Program-made: the position numbers and the translations under genes
Shown: piece by piece, positions 51,654 through 63,600 of the stretch
How the letters are laid out: each line of letters begins with the position of its first letter
How positions within the stretch are numbered: position 1 is the first letter of the stretch
IMG/VR virus record: IMGVR_UViG_2721755344_000003
Coordinates: 1-64,000 of that record
DNA length: 64,000 bases
Direction: 5' to 3' (one strand)
Source of the DNA: a virus
Taxonomy: Duplodnaviria; Caudoviricetes
The notes under the pieces: generated by a model
What the model saw: only the letters and a program-made list of their open reading frames with translations
Told to the model about the DNA's origin: nothing
Database searches by the model: none

Positions 51654-54600
51654 CTAATCAATGGAATCTCTTATACGTTGTATAAACCTTACGTCTCTTA
51701 CCGGTCCTATATTACCTATATCGGAAACATTAGTCAAATTAGCTAACCTTATTATAGCACCAACAATAGGAATAGGATTCTGAAGAAAATCTTCCGCAGT
51801 AAAAGCAATGATAATGTCTCTCTTTATCCAGGCAAATTGTTGTTCCAGTTTATCATTATCCCATGATTTAAATAACCCTACTATCATACTAAATATTGCA
51901 AGAGTAACAGCAGACTTCATAAGATTAAGTTTTCTGGAGAACGATTGTTGATTCCACCATTCCGGGAAATTCTGTTTTTTAAGATTAGTAAGTGCTTTCA
52001 TTGTGGCATGAATACTCTGCCATGCTCCTTCTAATGTTAACATATCTTTCTGTGCAATCCATTCTCCTGTATCATCCTGTATTGCCTTATAACCTACTCC
52101 ATATTCTACCTGACGTGTTTTAGCAAACAATCCCATATTAAATAACCTGGGAAATGAGAACATTCTAAATACACTTATCATTGATCCTAACCATGTCATA
52201 GATGCTAACGGTTTATCTATTTCAGTAAAACCACCAACAATATATTTATCTGCATACCACTTAAGTGTTTTATTAGATAACGTAAAATCATGTCCCATAG
52301 GTTTATTAACACCTTCTTTGACAAGATTATTTTTTATATGTTGAAGTATAGCATATTCTCCATGTTCGGTTTTCTTAATACCATCTTTGGTATAGAATCT
52401 AAGATCCTTGATCTCATTGTAAGTTATCTTGCCAGACTTATTATCATAACTATAAGCATCGTAACTTCCTTCCATCAACATCCACGACACCATGCCTATC
52501 ATGCGTGCCTTATAATCTGTCATTCTATTACCAAAATGTCCCATTTGTTCTGTCACTAAATTTTTAGCTGTGGGATTGACAGTAATATTATCTATGAAAT
52601 CTCTCTCTGTACTTTCTATTAATTGGAGATCAAGGGCAAGTCTGCGTACTTTCTGTAAATCTTTCATAAAAATCAGATGAGCTTTAAAATTATCAGCAGG
52701 ACTTGGCAGATATCTTTTTTCTTCTTCAGATGTTATATTCACAAGGCCGGTGCCCAATGCTGTCATAACACTCTGAAGCGTATTAAATATTTCACTTTTT
52801 AATGCAATGACAGGACGAAATCCAAGCATTCCCAATGTAAATCCACGATTAACAGATCTCATTACAGAGGTAACATCAAACTTATGACCAAATAACTCTA
52901 TCTGTGCAGGTTCGTCTGCAGTCTTACGAAAAGCTAAACGTTGAGTATATAAATCTAAAAACTTCTTAGTATTCTTTAATGAATCATCTCTGCCAATAAT
53001 CCATTCCATATAACTAAGCATTGCCTGGGCATTGTTATAAGCAGGAAGAAATTGTGTCTCATAAACTTCTTTACGTATACCAGCTAACATAAAATATATC
53101 ATTGTATCAACAAGATTGGTACTCATAATATCATTATCATATTCACTCTTGACTTTAACCTTACCATTGATATCACGATATAACCCTGCAGAACCAAGTC
53201 TATTTTCTTCTCTTAACTGATTATGAAGAGAATTACCAAGCTGATCAAGATTATCATTCCTTCCTAACTCATCAGTAAATAGATTCTCGTAATTAGCCAT
53301 ATGAAGTCCCAATTTCTTCCATGCCTCACTGATATTCTTTTTCTTCAGACTGAGCATAAGTTCATTAATACTTTTTGTTATTACCGGAATATCTCCTCTC
53401 GTATATTGAGCATAGAATTGTTTCTCAGCATCTTTCCTTTCTACTTTATATTCTCCCTTTGCTCCTATATTAAATGAACTTTGCTTCATCTGATGAAAGA
53501 TATTATCTATCCATCTTTCTTCAAGTTTATCAAGTAATAGATTGGCAAACTCAATATCAGTATCAGTAATCCTTCTTATTGGATCTGCTATGTTATATAA
53601 AGCTTGTGTCTCTTTATCTTTAAGACTCCAATGTATCTTAGGAAGTTTAACTTCTATTTCTTCACCTTTCTGATTAGTTAATTTCTCTCTCTTATACAAA
53701 TGTTCAAAATACTTCGATCCCATATCACGTACTCTTGATGTAATTCTATCAGCAGGAAAACTCTGAAAATATTGTTCTATAATCTTTTCAGTAATAGGAA
53801 AGAATATATGATCAAACTGACGTATTTTCTCAAGAGTTATATTCTTAGCAAGTTCCCCATTCTGATTACTGTATTGTAAAACTTCATTATGAACATCAAA
53901 AGGATTAACAATCCATTTTTCAAGATTCTTCATATCACGAATCTCATTGACAAATCCTAGACGACCAGTTTCCAATTCACGTATAGCAAATGCTATCATC
54001 TGTGCTTCATATCGATTCGCTGCCTTATCCCAACCTTTACCAAAATGTTGTTCAACATCAGATTGCATCTTTTTAAGCATACGAATCTGATCTGCATTAC
54101 TTGTACTTGGATCAATAAACGCTTCATACTGGATCTTTGCATTGCCAGATAATACTCCACCCTCTTCATCTTTTATATCTCTGAGATAAGTAATAACCCT
54201 AGTTACCCATGATTGAATATAATTCATATCATAAAGTGTATCATCAGTCAACACTTCTTTGATAACCGGATTTTCTATCACATTCATAAACGAAGGAACT
54301 TTCTTAAGAACTTCTATATTCCGAATAAGTTTATTCAAATCGACAACCAGATGAGATTCTACACCTCCATATGTTACTCTTATACTACCAAGATTACGAA
54401 ATCTTACTTTATTATCAGTACTTTTTCTCATACTCATTGCCGACATACCTATAAAAATATTGTGTATATCAGCATCACTATTCCCCATATCTCCACCCAT
54501 ATTTGTAAAATCTGCAGCACCCTGGATAGTACTGGTAAGATGACTACCTTCCAGAAATAATCTTCTCCTAGAAAGAGATTTAGTTGTTATATCAAGAATA

Positions 54601-57600
54601 CTTACGTCTGCAGTTCCATCACTTTCAATATCATGAACAATAATATATGGATCATAACCAGTGAATGCGGGATTATATAAACCAGCCAGATACTTGTTCT
54701 TATGATTCTTAAGTTTTGAATACTTTATTATCTCAACAACAGTATCATAACCACCTATATAATGAATAAGATCCTTTAATACTTTATAATTATATTTACC
54801 CTGAAACGCTTCCTTTCCTGCACTGACAACACTATGACCTTCCTTGAATAAAGTAATGAATCTTTCCAATTGTGTTGGTAAGTTCTCTTCTTCTTTATTC
54901 ATGGCGGGAACAATAGAATTCCTTATAAAAGCCTTTAATGATTCATCACTTATCGTATCATCATAAGAAAATGTTTGTGATCCCACCTGGTAAATTAATT
55001 TACCACCACTTGTTCTACCACGCATAGTATTTGATATACCATTGATAAGATGTTCTTCAGACAATTGATCCATAGATACCTGATCGGTGGTATTATTATT
55101 AAGATAAGAAGCAAAATCTTTTATATCATTAACAGGATTATGAACAGGTATATTAGCATCAGATGCCTTCCCATTCTGACCATAGGCAGCAAGATAGATA
55201 GATCTATTTACATCATCATTGAAATCCAGAATTTTATTACCTGCAACAAAATCATCAGCCAAAGCAGTAAATAAATCCCCAAGAGTAGCATTTGCAAAGT
55301 CAAGTTGATCTATATTACTTGCAGGCTTTTTCACAATAGGTGTAACAATACCAAATATATTCTGAAAAAATCCTTTTACAGTTTCAACAATCTCACGTAT
55401 CAATCCTTTGAAATAATTCCATAATTGTAATGCTACATTATAACCACCAACATTATTATTTATAACCCATGATTTTACTTTCTGGAATGTATAAAATCCA
55501 CCAACTATTGATAACATCTCATTCCTTAACTTCTCTTCATTCAATACTCTTCCATGTTCAAGATAGATTCTGCGTATGGCATTGGAAAAATCTTTATTTA
55601 ATTCCATATATCTACCTATAGCATCATGCATTCTTACATATAATTCAGGATTGCGAATCTTAATAATCCTATTCCAGATATGTTGAAGTTCATGTAATCC
55701 CGTATCATAAGCCATCCTGTCAGTGTTGATATGTATTCCCTTGTTATCTATCCAAGCATTATGATTTTTATATCCCTGTTGTTCAGAGGTAAGATCAGTT
55801 TCTTTTATAATATCCAATCCTGGAACAACAAGTCCTAGTCTGTCAATAACTGCAGTTGTTGCCCTGGCATCAACCTGACGTGCCTCTAATGCTTTAAATA
55901 TATCGATACTAAGATCCATATCGTTTATATCATCATTCTTCTTATCAAGAATTGCAGGATCTTTTTTTATCTGTACCTTTTCATATGGTGCTAATACTTC
56001 AATGAGAAACTTTTCTATTTTTTTACCTATACCTGGTGAAACGCTCTCACTATTGGCAGCGACATTTAAAATCTTAATATTATTATCAACTATCCATTTT
56101 CTGAAAGTTTTTAAATCGGTAGTTGTAGTAGATGGTTTGATATATTTCTTAATAAGATTACGTGTTAATGCCACTCTTGATTCTTTCTCATCTTCGATCC
56201 ATAGGAATGTACCATCAGCCATTCTTACATTAAGATCTATACTTTCCTTATATGACTGAATAAGATCTTTAGTTTTATTTGGTTCAAGACCAAACTCTTT
56301 TAATTCCTTATCACTTCCACTTTCATTTTTATACCTGTATGCAGTTGCACCACCAGTAGGTATACCAAGAATACGTGCAGCATATAAAGCATTTTTCTCT
56401 CCTAATTGACCACTACTATTTATTTGAGTAATACCAAGATATCTTTCTCCTTCCTTCTCTCCCCTCTTCTTCATCTTTTCACGATAAACAAGATCCATCA
56501 TCGCCTGTTGTTCACGTTCTTTTTTATACAATGGATCATCGCTCTTTACGAATGTAACAGATGTTGGTGTAACATCCTTAGCTTTTACCACCTCTCCTGT
56601 CTCAGTAATATATTCAGATCCTTCCTTATATCCATGACCACGAAAATATTCTTTTACAACCTTACCTGGTTTATCTGCTATCTTACGTATCTCATCAAGT
56701 TCTTTAGCTGTAAGATTACGTAATAGTTCCTGGGATATTGTTGTCATCTTTATTCCACTATCAAAACCACCACGATTTATTGTAGGATTAACAAACTGAA
56801 ATGCATCCAATTCATTACTCCAACGTTTATTACTTCTAACCCAATATAATCCTGCTATCTGTCGTCTTGAAGTTACTACATCTGGCATTTTCTTTTTCTT
56901 CTCTATCACATCACTCCTTCTTATTGTCCTTGCCATCCCGGGACGTGTCTCAACATATTCCTTGAAGTTCTTACCTACATCATCCATAACTGCCTGTAAA
57001 AACTCCTTATGTTTAAGCATATTCTTAAATTCTTCCATGCTATCACTTAACCCTTTATTCCCAAAATACATCATTGTACCCATAATATCACTGATAGTTC
57101 CCTTCTTCCACCTCATAAATGTTGCCATAAGATTATTTGCACCGAACATTTCCTGTAATCTTTTTGGTAACATTTTAAAGTCATTAGATAAGTTTGCTAT
57201 ATCATTATCAGACAGTCCGAAATTATCTCTTAATCCAAAAAATTCTTGTCCTGTTCTTCCTATTAATTGTAACCTATTTAAAAATCCACTATTCTTTATA
57301 GCATTTATATCTTCTTTAGTAAATCCACCAATATCTTTTATATCTTCCCAATAGACATCATAATCTGACTTTTCAAGTTTGGATATATTAATAATATGTT
57401 CCATAAAATATGGAAACTGAAGTAGGTACATAGCACGATCATAACCACTGGATATATTCAACTTATTCGTAGTTGTACTTTTCTTATGCCAGTGACCATC
57501 ATAATATTCAGGATAAGACAGATCAAACCTATCTTCAGAATATTTACTCTTCCAATGAAAATCAAGTATCTCTTCAGTTATGGCAGTAAAAAATCCATAG

Positions 57601-60600
57601 TATATCTTCTTTGACCCCCAATTTGATCTATTCTGTCCATGTAAGAAATTCATTCCCCATTTATAAAATTCAGGATCATTCAAAAGAAATGTCTTCATAT
57701 TTTGTTCAAACTCCTCGGCATGTTCACGATAATATTCATTGAACTGAGGAAGATTTCTCAATATTTCAGTTATATTAATCTGACTTGCTATATCCGATTC
57801 GTTTTTGAACAACCGGTTTTTCTCTGCATCAATATCTTTTCTTAATGGATGAGTAAGATCATTATCAAAGAAACTATAGTCATCACTATTGGAGGCATAA
57901 TAAGTCATGTGAGAATCAAGAGTCCATTCTTTAGGTGGAATATTTCGATCGCCAAAGAAATCTTTATATGTCATACCAGTATATCTCTGAGCATTGAATG
58001 TAAACATCTCATTCTCAAAATCCAGGGCAATAATACCATTACGAAGACCAATAAACGTACCGAGTCTCCTTAATGCCTCTGCTTTAACTGCAATAGATTT
58101 AAGTTCCTTAAGTTTACTATAATTATCATTTGACTCAAGTGTATCTTCTAACTTATTTCTTAAAGAAATCTTATCTTCTATCTGATCTACAAGTAAAGGA
58201 TTATCTTTCCACTTAGGAGTATCCACTTTAATTTTCTTAATCTCTTTATTATAATCATCAATTGCTTTAATAGTTTCTTCTATCTCTTTCTTTTCAAGTG
58301 GTTGATATAATTTAATATCTTTATCGATCACATCTAATAGTAAGTGATCCCTCATACTTTCACTTGCAGATTCTCCAGCTTCAACATCATAAAATACATT
58401 TCTTATTGCCGGATGAAAAAAGAATTTTCTTATATCATCCACTGTCTTTCCTTCAGTGATAAGAACAGGAAGTAATGGAACAGCAGATAAACTTATACCG
58501 AATCTTCCCAGGATAAGTTTTTTAACATTATCCAAGGCAGCAACAAGCCAGTCACCTTCTTTAGACAATATAGATTCCTTTCCTGCAACATCCAGATTCT
58601 GAAACATTTTAAGGAATCCTGGTGCAAGTGAAAATCCGGCAGGACCAAGTTGTGCCATATAAGCTATAGTACTCATACTTCTAGCTAATATACCTATAGC
58701 TTTTTTACCACTACGTGAGATATTATACATCTCAAGATGATTAGCATAAGAATTCCAACGCATAAACCGTGGATCTCTTGGTATCTTATCAGCTTCTTCT
58801 TCAAGATTATTTATCTCAGAAGTGATAAATATATTCTCTGAATTTATCTTATCAAGATAAATTGTCCTTAACTGATCAAGAATAGCATTTTGTATACCAC
58901 CAGCATTATCACTCCTGTCAACAAGATTATTCTCATCCAAAGCATAGAAATAAACACTTCTTTGGTCAATATCGAAGTCAGTATCATCATATACTGTCTG
59001 TTCACTTGGGATATATGTATTATTGCCATTATCATTGACAAAGAATGTTATATCTCCTAGGAATGCACTTTGTAATCCATGTGAAGGTATACGTGTAGAT
59101 ATAGCACTAAGAGTATTCTCAACATTGTCTATCCAACTTATTATATTGTTAAGATCAACAGTAACTTCTGTATCTGGTTTAAATATTCCTTCAAGTTCAC
59201 GAAACTGACGTACCATCGGTGTAGCATTAAAATCTGTTTTCGGAAGATTCTCAGCTATAGTATTCATCCTGGCACTCCTATCCATCTTGCGTATATTAAT
59301 ACGTAATCCATCATTAAGAATAATAGTAAATAAATCATTCACACTCTCTGAAGGTTTTACACCAAATCTTGTCATATATGAAAATGGCATAACCATCTCG
59401 CCAGGAGTTGTACCATCCTCACCTTTTCTCATACCATGTAGTTTTCTACGTGTATATCCTTTAGATAATACCTGACTAATATTCTCCCGGGTAATTTCCA
59501 TCTTAAGATCTCTCTCAACTTCTTTAAGAGAATAAGGAATACCATCTTTTTCAAATACATCAAAATAATCTGCCGTTACCTGATTTGCTCTAAGACCACT
59601 GAAGAATGGTTTAATAGCTTTTCTGGTTATAAGACTACGGTAAGCCTGTAATAATTTCTGACGAAGAGGTGGAATTCCTACAGAGATCTGTTCATTAAGG
59701 ACAAGTTCTGCATAGTTTCCTATCTGCCCCATCTCATTTAAAGCATCCATTCCTACACCACGTAAATATTTCTCATATTGTGCAATCCTACGATCTTCAC
59801 CTTTCAATCCTGGTTCAACAATCTCTTCCGATATCTTATCATCTATCTCTCTTTTTGCATTAATAAATAATGTACGGAATAAACGATTTATCTCTTTCCC
59901 TGCTCTACGATTAACTTCATTGCCAACCCCTGCATAAGACATGATCTGAAGCATTGGCGTTACCCTGGATGGATCAAAGACATCCTGATAAGGATTTAAT
60001 ACCACTTTAATCTTATCGTTTCTTATATCATCAGAAAGAAGATCTAAACCCCTCTTCCCTTCCTTGATATTAAGAGGATCATAGATATCATTCCATGGAT
60101 TATAAATATTAATTTTGGATATAGCACCTTTAACAGAAGATCTATTGGCTAATTTCCAAACAAGATTACTTTTGAACGAATCTCTCATCTCGTCATCATC
60201 AATATAATATTCTACGGTTTGACGTATGGCTTTAGCGAAATCATTCCTGCCAGTATAATCATAGAACATCTTCCATGTGGCAAATACATCTATCTTTCTT
60301 CCTAACTCCTTAGACATTAACATACTGGTATGATCAACCATGGTCTTAAACATATCCCTCATAGGGATACCCATATTATATGTATCGCCAGTAATAAAAT
60401 CTACAGCTTCTTTATGAAGAATCTTCTTACCACTTGTAAGATTAACATCATTATAAAGACTCTTAACATCTGTTTTATCTATCGGACCATATTTGCCACC
60501 GAGACTTTGATAGAATAAATATTCCCATAAAGGATTACCAAGATTACCACCATCACTGAGCTTATAAATCTTTTTTAATTCCGGATTAACATCTTCCAGA

Positions 60601-63600
60601 TCCTTCACATAAATGACTTTCGATATCTTACTAAGACCATATTTAATATCAGTATCAAGAAAATTACCACCAGTATTAACAGGACCGGAATATTTACTTT
60701 TATCTGTAGGACTCTTAAAATGACTCTGATCAGCAAAGACAAGTGGATCCATATTGTATTTTAAGATCTCTGAAGCAAAAAAGAATGCCCTGAAGAATGG
60801 ATTATAACCCATTATTCTACCTTCTCTTAATCCAGTATTAGTTTTATAATACCAATCACTTTCTGAAGGAGATAATCCTTTCATCCATGATAAAGGTTTA
60901 TACCTGGCATGAGATAATTTTGTAGCAAAATTCTTATACTCTTCATCAAAAATATTATTCAACATATTAAGATTCCATTCCTTCTGAATATTGCTCCAAT
61001 TCTGTTTATTAAACACTGGATCATCAAACACCGGTGCCCTGCCAAGTTGCAATATATTACCTTTAACCTCATAATCAGTAATGTCTTCCAGTTCTCTTAA
61101 TGCTCTTTCAATCAATTTAGGATCCTTTGTACTCCATTCTCTTGAAAAAGGTATATTCCTACCAAGAACCTTAGTTACTCTTGCCTGACTCAACTGTGCA
61201 ACCCTTGCTCTATGTTGAAACTCCTTATATACTGCATTAAGAATAAGATCTTCATTAATAGTCATTCCGGTTATCCTACCATTTTCATCCCTTGTGATAT
61301 CTTCAATAAGATGTTTATGTCCAGTATTATCAAATGTAAATTCTGCAAGAAATATACGTCCAGTATCAGATATATTGCCCACATCAATTAATAATTTTTC
61401 CGGCTGACCTAATCTGTTACGTTGAATACTATCAGCAAAAGCTGAGATAAGCATAGTATTAAGATCAGACTCATTGGGATCATCAGTAGCCTTGATCTGA
61501 TCAATACTTGTATAATCTATAAGACGTATAATCTCTGCAGTACTCTTTGGATCCAGTAAAATATTATAGTATTCTTTGACACCATCTCTCATCTGCACAA
61601 ACTGACTTGTATTGATAACAGAAGGATCTGCAACAATATCTTTCTTTACTTGATCCTTTATCCATCTACTACCATGTGCAAATGTTTCTTTAAGTTCAGA
61701 TGATAATTCGAAATTATATCTTATATGACCTACATAATCAGTTCCCCACCGATTCCAATCCTCTCCTCTGTGATAACTTTCACTTATACCAAGAGCAGTT
61801 AAAAAAGGATAAAAATCTACCGGAGTTGGTAATATCTCTTTATTGATAGTTCCTTCATCATCTTCCAGGTCCACAACCTTATTTATATCATCCAGATTTT
61901 CTTCACGTAGGTTAAATTTCTTAAGAAACCTATTCATATGATCCTGAAACGGTATCTTTTTCCTTGCTTCTTCCTTATACTTCTCTTCATTCTTATTAAT
62001 CTTCTTATATTTTTTCTCCGCTTCTTCTTCGGTAAATTCTCCAAGTTCAAGTCTTCTGTCAATATCCAAAGTATCTGTTGCATACTTATCATGAATACCT
62101 TTAAGATTCTCACTAAGTTTAATATTGGCATAAATACTATAGAACATATTAGCAAATCCTTCAGCGACAAGATCTGAAATAAATGTATCACTACTAACAT
62201 CAAGATTAGTTATTTTCTCAGCAAGTCTATCACGTACTGCAGGAACATTATTATCTATCATATTCAAGAATGCATCCTGACGCATATGAGATAAACCAAG
62301 AAAACTTTTCATATGAAGTAACATCTCCTTACGACTTGTTTCTGGAAGATCAGCAAACATCCATTTCCCATTGCGATTTATTATTACCTGTGTTTCCTTA
62401 TCACGTCCTACATAATAAATACCATCATCACGTATATCCCACACCTTTCCCTTATTCTCTTTATCACCAATAAGGGCATCATGAATCTCTTTAACTACAG
62501 ATTGACTACCAGGATAAAATACCCTGCGTACTATATGAGTCTTAAATTCATTCTTTATAATTTCCTCAGTATTTTCTTCCTGTGTACGTAAACTAATAAA
62601 TCTATCCGGATCAAAACCGGTTATCCTTAGATCTGCTTGTGTACGTTTAATAAGAGATTTATTAAAATTTATAGTAGCAGTTATAAGATTAGCAATATCT
62701 ATCCCTCTATCTTTTAAATTACCATCTTCCTCATTAAGATATCTATCAGATATTTCCTTCAATGATCCTATAGTCTTAGTGATCACTCCTTCACCTTCAA
62801 TAAATGGCATACCATAATACTTCTCTACAAAACTTAGAATATTATTCGATTTATAATTATTACTCTTTGCTCCTGATGCCAGATCAAGAAGTTCCTGGAA
62901 GAATGTATCAGTGAAATTTAAAGTAGGATCATTCTTTAAACGAGTTTTAGTTTTATCAGCAACTTCCTTAAGTGATCTACTTAAATCATTAACATTGACA
63001 AATCGTTGTCCTTCACCAAATGGACTTATAGTATCAAAAGATTTTACTTTCTCAATCTCACCAGACTCTGTATGTCTGTATTCATTATATTCCGTAACTG
63101 TAAGTTGCCAATCAACAATATCATCCTTATACATTTCCGGATCAACCTTGTCATGATCAGTCTGTATACTATCCTGCCCCCATTTAACAAATGCCTTACG
63201 ATAAAAATTATATCCCGGGAATACACTCTGGATAAATGTTCTTATTGTTTTTTCATCTGACAATCTATAATAATAATATTGTTTTAAACTTTCATTGTCA
63301 AGACTTGGAAGATCATCCGGAGATATTGCACCAATAAGTTTATCAACATTTGTATTAACAACAGCTAATTGTCTGCGTCTGGTTGCCTTAAATGCATTCT
63401 CTACAGCACTGATAGCATCATTAAGAGGAACAGGATTCTTACCAAGATTATTAAAATGACTCTTGCGATGAATATTATATGCTATCTGTCTACGTATATC
63501 ATGAACAGTTTCCGCCCTTCCAAACTCTCTGTATAATCCCTGATAATTATTATAATCGGAAACAGGACGATTCTTAATATTCTCTGTCAGATCTTCATCA

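Noticed and set aside
650-63260. Numerous 60-190 aa antisense or alternate-frame ORFs in the ORF track (e.g. 1155-1730, 41444-41896, 46966-47517, those opposite the RNAP)
   Set aside because: They are shadows of long genes on the opposite strand with I/F/L-biased composition and no motifs.
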